From an uncultured Planctomycetota bacterium (GTDB taxonomy: Bacteria > Planctomycetota > Planctomycetia > Isosphaerales > Isosphaeraceae), in the NCBI GenBank assembly GCA_963823665.1, contig CAWGMQ010000003.1, positions 192,001 through 256,000 on the forward strand: DNA of 64,000 bases, in the 5' to 3' direction. Under the pieces are notes generated by a model. The model did no database searches and was not told the origin of the DNA. It saw nothing but the letters and a program-made list of their open reading frames with translations. Of this stretch, positions 29,930 to 40,482 are shown in pieces. The position numbers and the translations under genes were made by a program. How positions within the stretch are numbered: position 1 is the stretch's first letter; each line of letters starts with the position of its first letter.

Positions 29930-32900
29930 CTAGTGTTCAATTTGCAGAATCGACGCCAGCCGCGGGTGATGGGCAACCGACTCGAAGTCGGGCTGAAACG
30001 ACGGGCCTGTGATCGACCCCTTCTCGATCTTGATCGCCATGGCCAGGGCATCGACCGACCGATCGCCATAGTCACGCACCTGATCAGCCGCCGGTGGCGC
30101 GGTTTTCGATGCGGCCGAACGCACACAAAGCGCGTAAACACGCGCGACATCGATGAGCGTGTCCGCATCACCCGGATGAGCACGTGTCAGCTTCGCAGCG
30201 AGGCGGGCCGCTTCGTCGTGGCGACCGCTTCGAGCAAGCTGCAAAGCGCGGAGCCTCTTGAGCCGCAGAGCAATCTCCGGCGGATGCCCATCGATCGAGG
30301 CTTCGTCCTGGATCGCTCGATCGGCGGCGCGATAGACTGCAAGCCCTTTCGCACTGACCGATTCAATCGCGGCCGCGAACGAAGGCGTCATACCGGGTCG
30401 TCCTGCCATCCCGCGCAGCGACTGGCGTGCGCGTTCGACCGCGTGCACCGCATCCTGGAACCGCCCCGCACGTTCCTCGCTCTCGACCAGCATCCGATAA
30501 ACCTCCATCACGTCGGACTGCTTCTGGCGTGATCCAGGATCTTGTGCCGCGAGGGTCTCGTACAGGGCCAGCGAGGTGTCGAGCGCCTTGCGGGCACCGG
30601 CAGCGTCGCCCGCCGCGCTCAGCGTTTCACCGATCAGGGCATGCGAGACCGCGACGTTCCTCGCATACTCGGCGCTCGCGGGCTCGCTCCGTGCGTTCGC
30701 TTCAAACACCGCGAGCGCCTTGCGGTGCCACCCGAGCGCCTCCGCGTACTTGAATTGAAGTTGCGAGGCGCTGCCAAGCTTCTGCATCACGAAGGCATGC
30801 TCATTGCGGCCCTTCGGATCGTCGGGATCGAATGCGACACGCTTTTCCACTTCCTCGAGAGCTTCGCGGTAGCGTGCGACGGCCGCGGCGTAGCGAAACA
30901 GGGCGACCTCGGTATCGCCGAGCCGGCCAAGCACAAATCGCAGGTCCGACTGGTGCTGCTTGAAGTCCGTGGGCGGAACCTGCCGCGTCAGTGCCAATCC
31001 GTGGCGGAACGATTCTCGCGCGGCCTTGGGATCCTTGCCGAGGAGTTGCGCCTCACCGATCTTGTTGGCCGAGACGACCAGGTCGCGAAGGCCCTGTGGC
31101 GACTGGCGATACGCCTCGGGCATCTCCATCCGCACCTGCCGCGCCCGAGAAAACGCTGCCTGCGCCGTGGGAACGTCCGCAGCATACCGAGCCAGGTCGC
31201 CGAGCTTGTCGAACGCAAGTGCAAGCTGTTTGCGCACCTCCAGGGAATCTCCGCGATGCGCTCCCAGCATCGCCTCCGACTCGTCGCGTGCTGCCTGGAA
31301 ATTCTGTCTCGCCTCCGCGGTCCGGCCCGACAGGAACGCAAGGTCGCCCATGTGCTCTTTGGCGATGATGCGCGTCAGCGCAACATCTGCATCTCCGGAC
31401 TTGTCGCTCGCAATCTGCTGGAGCCGCGCCATCGCCTCTTCGGCCAGGCGCTGGCGCACCCGTAGCGTACCCGGCGCCCGCCCCAGGTGCTCCTGGATTT
31501 CCTTGACCAGACTGCCGATCGTTTCCAGCGCGACCAGCCGCTGCTGATTTGCCACCACGGCCCGCTCGGTCGCCTGCTTTTCCGCCGCCTGCGCCAGCGC
31601 GGCATTCCGGTCGGCGCGAACCCGCTCCGAGATGGCCGTGAGCCGGGCGCGATTGATCCGAACGGTCGCCACCAGTGAGCCGGCCGTGATCGCGATGAGC
31701 AAGAGCATCACCGAGGCACCGAGCGCCGCCACCGCGCGATGCCGCTTCGACCAGCGCCACAGCCGCTCGGCCGCTCCGGCTGGCCGGGCCTTGATCGGCT
31801 CGCCGCGCACCCACCGGCGCAGGTCTTCGCTTAGCTCGCCCGCCGTCGCATAGCGTCGATCCCGCTCATTGGCCATCGCCTTCAAACAGATGACTTCCAG
31901 GTCGCGGGGCAGGTTTTCGTTGAATGCACGCGGCGGCCGCGGCAAGTCGTAGAGCACCTGGTCGATGACCCTTGCCGGCGTACCCACAAAAGGAAGTTGA
32001 CCCGTCAGCATCTCAAAAAGCGTCACGCCCATGGAATAGACGTCGGTTCGTCCGTCGATCGCGGCCTCCGCGCGGATTTGTTCCGGGCTCATGTAGCTGG
32101 GCGTGCCGCCCAGGAGCCCGCGGCGGTCATTCGAGGAGACCGTTCCCGCGTCCAGGAACCGTGCCAGGCCGAAGTCCGCCAGTTTTGCCCCTCCGGTCGA
32201 CCCGTCGATCAGAATGTTGGTCGGTTTGACGTCTCGATGGATCAGCCCATTGGCGTGCGCGGCGGCCAGCGTGTCGGCCACTTGAATCAAGAGCTCGGCC
32301 GCTCGAGCCGGGCTTGAGCGCGTTTCTCGCGAAAGTGTCGCGGCCAGGCTCTCTCCTCGCACCAGCTCCATCACAATGAAGGGGTGCCCGGCGGCCGTCT
32401 CGTCGACCAGATAGACTGCCACCGCATGTTCGTGGCGGAACCGTGCGGCCGCGCTCGCTTCGCGGATCAGTTGTTTACGGCGGTCGGTTCCCGAGGCGCT
32501 CGGAAACAGAATCTTGATCGCGACGTCCCGGTCGAGCACACCATCGTGCCCCGAAAAAACGATCCCCATTCCACCGCGGCCCAGCTCCGACTTGATCCGG
32601 TAAGCGCCCAGCCTGCCCAGGTCGCCCGCGTGCTCCGACGGCTCGAGCAGTGCGCGTACCTCGCGGAGTGCCGTGCCGTCTTCGTCAAGCCGCTTGACCG
32701 ATTCCGGCGAAATTCGCGAGAGTGCCCGGACCACGCTTTGGAGCCCAGGCTCTGCAAGATATCCTGGCGCCTTGCCCTGCAACGTTGCCCAGCCGGAAAG
32801 CTCGCCGTCATCGGTCAGTCGATCGAGAATCGTGCAGCAACCAGAGCACGCGCCAACGTGCATTCGGATCGTTTCGGCATCGCCGTGCGGGAGCGTGCCA

Positions 32901-32944
32901 GCGACCAGGGCCTGGAGTGATTCCACGCGAGGACAGGGCGTCAT
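29930..32944 (-). CDS. Ser/Thr kinase with zinc-finger N-terminus and TPR repeats
   Basis: HVGACSGC; GRGGMG, HRDVKPTN, DFG, YMSPE; TM helix; TPR-like helices. Confidence 0.9.
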   Translation of the reverse strand: MTPCPRVESLQALVAGTLPHGDAETIRMHVGACSGCCTILDRLTDDGELSGWATLQGKAPGYLAEPGLQSVVRALSRISPESVKRLDEDGTALREVRALLEPSEHAGDLGRLGAYRIKSELGRGGMGIVFSGHDGVLDRDVAIKILFPSASGTDRRKQLIREASAAARFRHEHAVAVYLVDETAAGHPFIVMELVRGESLAATLSRETRSSPARAAELLIQVADTLAAAHANGLIHRDVKPTNILIDGSTGGAKLADFGLARFLDAGTVSSNDRRGLLGGTPSYMSPEQIRAEAAIDGRTDVYSMGVTLFEMLTGQLPFVGTPARVIDQVLYDLPRPPRAFNENLPRDLEVICLKAMANERDRRYATAGELSEDLRRWVRGEPIKARPAGAAERLWRWSKRHRAVAALGASVMLLLIAITAGSLVATVRINRARLTAISERVRADRNAALAQAAEKQATERAVVANQQRLVALETIGSLVKEIQEHLGRAPGTLRVRQRLAEEAMARLQQIASDKSGDADVALTRIIAKEHMGDLAFLSGRTAEARQNFQAARDESEAMLGAHRGDSLEVRKQLALAFDKLGDLARYAADVPTAQAAFSRARQVRMEMPEAYRQSPQGLRDLVVSANKIGEAQLLGKDPKAARESFRHGLALTRQVPPTDFKQHQSDLRFVLGRLGDTEVALFRYAAAVARYREALEEVEKRVAFDPDDPKGRNEHAFVMQKLGSASQLQFKYAEALGWHRKALAVFEANARSEPASAEYARNVAVSHALIGETLSAAGDAAGARKALDTSLALYETLAAQDPGSRQKQSDVMEVYRMLVESEERAGRFQDAVHAVERARQSLRGMAGRPGMTPSFAAAIESVSAKGLAVYRAADRAIQDEASIDGHPPEIALRLKRLRALQLARSGRHDEAARLAAKLTRAHPGDADTLIDVARVYALCVRSAASKTAPPAADQVRDYGDRSVDALAMAIKIEKGSITGPSFQPDFESVAHHPRLASILQIEH

Positions 32945-33001
32945 TTTGGGGGCCGGTCTCCTGCACGGATCGGAGAGATCTGGGGGGGATACTCAATCGC
33001 A

Positions 33002-33613
33002 TCAATCATCCAGCGGCACGCATTGCGGCAGGTCTTCCGCGAGATGCATCACCTCATCGCGCAGCCGTTTGAGCACGCGCGACTTGGCCGCGTAGACCAG
33101 GTCGATCGGCATTCCAAGGGTCGCAGCGGCATCGCTGGCAGAGCGGTTCTCGACCCACACAACCTGGAAGGCGCGCCAGGTTGCCAGTTCAAAATCGGGT
33201 TGAATCCGCTCAAGCGCGATGCGCAGAATCTGCGAGTTGAATTCGTCGTGCCATTCGGGATCCGTGCCATCAACCGCAAGTCCGTCTGGCCCGTTCGACA
33301 AGGGTTCCGGAGGCAATCCTCGCTTGTCGAGCAAGCGAAAGACTCGGTTCCTGGTCACGGTGCGCAGCCAGTCACGAAATCGGCCCCGTTGTGGATCGTA
33401 CACGAAGTCTCGCATCGATCGTAGTACCTGGGCAAGCACATCCTGAGCAACATCGGCGGCATCGGCGTCCTGGAGTCCCTTTCCGCGCGCGTAGGCATAC
33501 ACGATGGGCGCATAAGTCGCCACAAACACCTGCCACGCATCGGAGTCCGAGACGTCGCGAAGGCGAAGCAGGAGACTCGGCCGGGTCGCTCCACCAGGAA
33601 CCGGTTCCGCCAT
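33002..33613 (-). CDS. ECF sigma factor
   Basis: TRPSLLLRL...AW..FV..Y.P, DAADVAQDV, GRFRDWL, VYAAKSRVLKRL. Confidence 0.9.
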   Translation of the reverse strand: MAEPVPGGATRPSLLLRLRDVSDSDAWQVFVATYAPIVYAYARGKGLQDADAADVAQDVLAQVLRSMRDFVYDPQRGRFRDWLRTVTRNRVFRLLDKRGLPPEPLSNGPDGLAVDGTDPEWHDEFNSQILRIALERIQPDFELATWRAFQVVWVENRSASDAAATLGMPIDLVYAAKSRVLKRLRDEVMHLAEDLPQCVPLDD

Positions 33614-33688
33614 CAGGATATATCCCACACTGCAACGGTTCTGCGTTGATTGTCCCAACTTTTTCCGCGGACAACAAGCGCCGCCGCC

Positions 33689-35023
33689 TCACGCGATGCG
33701 GAGCAGGGCAAGGACAATCAAGACAGCCAGCCCGATCAGAAGGGGACATGCCACCTGGCGGATCAACTCGCGAGGTCCGGCGCCGGAAAGCCGGGCGGCC
33801 ATCATCACGACGGCGGCGGCGGGGCTCATGGTGCGCCCGTAATGCGCTGCCAGCGTGATGACAGCGCCCAGGCGGATCGGATCGAGCCCCAATGATCCCG
33901 CCGCCGGCACGAAAAACTCCATGATCGAGACCGCCGGCGCTATCCCCGTCCCCGCCACGAACGCCAGGAACCACGATGCAGCCGGCGCCGCCAGCAGTGC
34001 CGACTTTGGCCAGGCGCTCATCACGTTCAATAACAGCTTGATCAACCCGCTCAGCTCGACGCCCGCCGCGAATGTCGAAGCAACCACGATCAACGAGATC
34101 ACATGGGTGTAGCCATATCCCGCACCCTCGAAGAAGGAGGCCGCCAGACCACCGCTCTTGCCGAAGCTGGTGAGCCCCGCCGCGGCAATCCCGATCAGCA
34201 TCGCAGCGAGAATCCGCCCGGGCCCGACAAGGAACTGGCCCACCGAGTACGGGCCGGCCATTGCGTCAATCGAGAGCAACAGGATCGGCAAGAGCGGGAC
34301 GAGCGCCTTCGCTCGGTTCAGTTTTGGCTCGATTGCCGGCTCTGGCTCTGCGCCGACGTCACCGGCTTGGGCTGCCGGCGCTCGCGGCTCCTCGCGCCGG
34401 CGTGCGAGCATCCAGAAGACCACCAGCACCACGCCGCAGGAAAGGAGGTTCAGCCCACGCGACCGCGCGATCACCTCCAGAGGCGCTACCTTTGATAACT
34501 CCGATAGCTTCGCGATCTCAACGGCGCCCGGATTGAAAAGCTCGCCCCCCATGGATGAGCCCAGGAGAAGAATCGCGCCGGCAGCCGCCGTACCCAGCCC
34601 GCCCGCGCGAAGCAGCGGGATGAGCACCGGGCCCAGCACGGCCGCGGTCGCCGCCTGGCTCACGATCGTGGTGTTGATCAAGTACCCCGCGGCGATCCCG
34701 CCGGGTATGAGCAAACCGCGCATGTGCCGCAAGGGACGAACCAGAAGCATGACCAGGTGCCGGTCGCATTCGGTCAATCGAAGCACATGAGCAAAACCCA
34801 TCGCCGAGCAGATCGGTATGACCGTCGCGGGGTTTGCCATCTCGCTCGCAAGCTTGGCGATGAATGCAGCCGGCCGGCCGGCGGCCAGAAACAAAGGCAA
34901 TGCGCCCAGAAAGAGCAGCATCCGCACGTCGACGCCGCGAATGACAAGGAACGTGACGATCAGAATGTCGAGGATCGCGAGAAGCTGAATCGGCGTGAGT
35001 CCGAAGGAAGGCGAGAAACCCAT
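33689..35023 (-). CDS. dcuC: C4-dicarboxylate transporter, DcuC family
   Basis: About 11-12 TM helices; ICSAMGFA, GGELFNPG, GRTMSP.AAV. Confidence 0.75.
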   Translation of the reverse strand: MGFSPSFGLTPIQLLAILDILIVTFLVIRGVDVRMLLFLGALPLFLAAGRPAAFIAKLASEMANPATVIPICSAMGFAHVLRLTECDRHLVMLLVRPLRHMRGLLIPGGIAAGYLINTTIVSQAATAAVLGPVLIPLLRAGGLGTAAAGAILLLGSSMGGELFNPGAVEIAKLSELSKVAPLEVIARSRGLNLLSCGVVLVVFWMLARRREEPRAPAAQAGDVGAEPEPAIEPKLNRAKALVPLLPILLLSIDAMAGPYSVGQFLVGPGRILAAMLIGIAAAGLTSFGKSGGLAASFFEGAGYGYTHVISLIVVASTFAAGVELSGLIKLLLNVMSAWPKSALLAAPAASWFLAFVAGTGIAPAVSIMEFFVPAAGSLGLDPIRLGAVITLAAHYGRTMSPAAAVVMMAARLSGAGPRELIRQVACPLLIGLAVLIVLALLRIA

Positions 35024-35083
35024 CGTCGTTGGCAGCGTGAATACTCGCCGCCACTCCGGCCATGATGCCCGTCGAAGCGTGAA

Positions 35084-36079
35084 TCACACCTGGATCGCGG
35101 CGAGTGCATCGAAATAGCTCGTCAGCTCGACATTTCCGCCGCTCAGGATGACCCCGACGCGAAGCGGACCGGCGGCGAGCTTGCCGGTCAGCAGTGGGGC
35201 AACCGCGACGGCGCTTGACGGCTCGATCACGATCTTGATGCGCTCCCAGACGAACCTCATGGCGTCGACGATGTCTTGCTCGGAGACGGCGATGATCCGG
35301 CTGACGCGAGTCGCGATCACGGCGAAGTTTCGCGCGCCGATCGAGGAAGTGCGCAGTCCGTCGGCGATTGTCGCAGGGCTCGGGCAGGTCACGATTCGAC
35401 CCGCTTCGAGTGAGCGCCTGGCGTCATCGGCATTGGCCGGCTCACCGGCCATCACTTTCGTGCTCGGCGAGATGCCCTCAACCGCCAGGGCCGTGCCGGC
35501 CAGCAATCCGCCGCCGCCAACGGGGCAGATGACCAGATCGAGCGGCCCCGCATCCTCGAGCAGCTCGAGCGCAGCCGTTCCCTGCCCGGCGATCACGTTC
35601 CAGTCGTCGAACGGGTGCACGAGGGTAAACCCTTGGCGTTCGATGAGCTCAGCCACGGTGTCCTCGCGCGATCGGAACGTCGGCTCGCAAGAAACAATAC
35701 TTGCTCCATAGCCCTCGGTCGCCGCTCGCTTGACCGCCGGCGCATTCCGCGGCATCACGACAGTGACCGGCACGCCCGCCAGCTTGCCGGCAAGCGCAAC
35801 AGCCTGCGCATGGTTCCCCGACGAATGCGTGATCACGCCCCGGCGCCGCTCATCATCGCTCAACTGGAGCATCGCGTTCATGGCCCCGCGAAACTTGAAC
35901 GCGCCAACCTTCTGGAAGTTCTCGCACTTGAGGAAGACCGAGCCGCCCACCCGCGCATCAAGCGCCTTCGACGTCATCACCGGCGTGCGATGCGCCCACG
36001 GCCTGATCCGTTCGGCGGCCTGGCGGATTTCGTTGATTCCGACTTCAACACTGCAAAACGCGGGCGAAATCGTGCTCAT
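35084..36079 (-). CDS. PLP-dependent Ser/Thr dehydratase or serine racemase-like enzyme
   Basis: FLKCENFQKVGAFKFRGA, SSGNHAQA, PVGGGGL, LSGGN; own ATG at 36079. Confidence 0.9.
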   Translation of the reverse strand: MSTISPAFCSVEVGINEIRQAAERIRPWAHRTPVMTSKALDARVGGSVFLKCENFQKVGAFKFRGAMNAMLQLSDDERRRGVITHSSGNHAQAVALAGKLAGVPVTVVMPRNAPAVKRAATEGYGASIVSCEPTFRSREDTVAELIERQGFTLVHPFDDWNVIAGQGTAALELLEDAGPLDLVICPVGGGGLLAGTALAVEGISPSTKVMAGEPANADDARRSLEAGRIVTCPSPATIADGLRTSSIGARNFAVIATRVSRIIAVSEQDIVDAMRFVWERIKIVIEPSSAVAVAPLLTGKLAAGPLRVGVILSGGNVELTSYFDALAAIQV

Positions 36080-36089
36080 AAGGCGACAC

Positions 36090-38275
<2,186 letters not shown>

Positions 38276-38485
38276 CGCGTTAGCGTTCTCCGGGACCGGA
38301 CCACATCACAGGAACTCTGAATCTCGTCAAGCGTAACGGAATGAGTGCAGTGCTGCCAATGCGGACACGGGTATCTCGGGGAAGGGTTCAGTTGCTGGCG
38401 TCTGCCGCGCGGACCGCCGAGCATGAAACCAAACCTCTTCGGACGACGAACCGCCTGCAATGGAATGCTCACCGTTGCGACGATC

Positions 38486-39850
38486 TCATTTTCGCTTTTC
38501 GGCCACGTTGTCGGGAAAGAAAGGTTGACCCTCAACGACCCCGTCCTGTTCATGATGTTCGAAGACCAGGCTGTCGACGATGTTTCCGGTGTGGTCAACG
38601 ATGATGTAGTGAATGCGCGATCTTTTTTCGTCTTTGTCCTTCTTTGGCTCCTCGTATTTCAGGACGGCGTAGCGGCCATCGGGCGAAGTTTTATCGGTTG
38701 ACGGCAAACCGTCGCAATGAACTCGATCCACGAGCGTCTTGGTCTTGCCCTCGACCGGCCACCGGGCTTCGATCCTCGCAACATAATACGGGGTCCTGCG
38801 CGTCGGACCATCCAGGACCTGCGCCCAATACTCGACGTCCTTCAGTTTAACGATCGGCCCTGATGGTGCAGGACTGTTGCCTGAACGTGATTCAGTGTCC
38901 TGCCTGGCTCTCGGTACTTCGGCAGCAACCGCCTCGGTGACCGACCGACGCTTCACATCGATTCGCATCGCGCCCTGATGGTGGCCGAGTAGCAAGATCG
39001 CCGCGTCCGTCAGCTTCTCGTCGCGTCCATCGCTCTGCCACCTCCTCCATTGGTTAGGGAATAGCGAGTTAGAGTTCTCGTCTCCCGATCGGGCAGTTGC
39101 CTTCGCCGTCTTCAATTCCTCGCCGTACAGGGCCACCACGCGTCGAACCGCGGATTCGTCCCAGGTCATTCGGTGGCGAATTCCGTCAAGATCCACAAAC
39201 CACAAGGATTCCCGACAGAGCTTTTCAATGGCAGGAGGCTCCAGCTTTTTCCTGCCCTTCAGGGATTCGTGCCATGTGTTCATCACCGACTGGTCCTCCG
39301 CGAGAAATCCACTCCCGTCCGGCACGATATCCATTAAACCGTCCGGGCCGTCGATGAGAGACTCGGTGTCCGCGTTCAGGATCGCGCTGCGCGAGGATCC
39401 CTTTCGTTCGTTGTTCATGACCAGAAAGTGGCTCTGTCGGTTCGGTACCTTGATCAGGCTCAATTGACCGGATTCGAGGTTGTTCCGAGCCCAGCTCATC
39501 CATCGCGTCGATCGCAAGACTCGACTTGACTTGACGTCGAAGGCGGAAAGCCGGCAGCTCAGCGACGACTGGCCCTGCCCGCGTCTGGGCTCGATGACGT
39601 AAAGAACCTTCCCGGCAGAATCCAAGTGACCACCCGCCTCCTTGGTCCCGCTCCACACGACCCGCTCGGCCCGCCCGGCTATGTCGTAGAATCGGACCTC
39701 CTTCGACGCATCGTCCTTCGAGAAGCCAAAGACAAAACCAGATGAATCATCAAGCCATTGTTCTTCAGGATTACACCCTGCCGGAGCAAGGATCAAAAAC
39801 AAAAGGCAAATCAAGAACGCTGCCCGCTGTCGGTTGAAGTAGTGGAGCAT
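38486..39850 (-). CDS. Hypothetical exported protein (possible lipoprotein, beta-propeller-like)
   Basis: Hydrophobic N-terminus ending APAGC; PDGSG and SPDGRY motifs. Confidence 0.6.
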   Translation of the reverse strand: MLHYFNRQRAAFLICLLFLILAPAGCNPEEQWLDDSSGFVFGFSKDDASKEVRFYDIAGRAERVVWSGTKEAGGHLDSAGKVLYVIEPRRGQGQSSLSCRLSAFDVKSSRVLRSTRWMSWARNNLESGQLSLIKVPNRQSHFLVMNNERKGSSRSAILNADTESLIDGPDGLMDIVPDGSGFLAEDQSVMNTWHESLKGRKKLEPPAIEKLCRESLWFVDLDGIRHRMTWDESAVRRVVALYGEELKTAKATARSGDENSNSLFPNQWRRWQSDGRDEKLTDAAILLLGHHQGAMRIDVKRRSVTEAVAAEVPRARQDTESRSGNSPAPSGPIVKLKDVEYWAQVLDGPTRRTPYYVARIEARWPVEGKTKTLVDRVHCDGLPSTDKTSPDGRYAVLKYEEPKKDKDEKRSRIHYIIVDHTGNIVDSLVFEHHEQDGVVEGQPFFPDNVAEKRK

Positions 39851-40166
39851 GGATTGCGTCCTCCTCGATGCCCAGAGTACATGATGAAGCAGCGCGGTGC
39901 CAATGCCGCCGCGGCGATCCGGGCGGCGAGTGAAGCGGCACGATCGCGGACTCGCGCCCCTCCCCCTCTCGCGCGACAACGGTGGGTGGCACTGGCTTTG
40001 CCAGAGTTCCATTCCCGGGTGAATCGCGGTCCCGGATTCACGAACGGCCATTTACCGCAATGAAGTGCCGGCCAAGCGTGACAACACCGGCCGGCGAAGA
40101 GTATGGGTACTCCTTTGATCCTGCTCATGATATCCTTAAGGAGATCCGATGAGGGGAGTCTTACAC

Positions 40167-40424
40167 ATGGCCACCGACCGCGTAAATGACGTGCGGGCAT
40201 TCCAAAGCTTTCTCAGCGAGAAAATCTCGGCCGGAGAAGCCAACCTCACTTTGGATGAAATCCTCGGGCTATGGGAGTACGAGAATTCTTCCACCGAAGA
40301 GCGCGAAGCAACTCGGGAGGCGATTAGCGCTGGCCTTGCCGACGTTGAGGCAGGCCGGACCACGCCTTTCGAGCAATTCGATCGCGAGTTTCGCCAGAAT
40401 CACGGCTTAGCGCCACGAAAATGA
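40167..40424 (+). CDS. Antitoxin-like protein (ParD-type tail)
   Basis: AISAGLADVEAGRTTPFEQF; GGGGAG RBS; ATGA overlap with the toxin start. Confidence 0.7.
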   Translation: MATDRVNDVRAFQSFLSEKISAGEANLTLDEILGLWEYENSSTEEREATREAISAGLADVEAGRTTPFEQFDREFRQNHGLAPRK

Positions 40425-40482
40425 CCTATCGTGTGCTGCCCACTTCCTGGGCTGAAGCGGACATCGACCGCATTTTCGACTT
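40421..40482 (+). pseudogene. ParE toxin 5' remnant
   Basis: MTYRVLPTSWAEADIDRIFD, then runs into the antisense of the S53 gene. Confidence 0.65.
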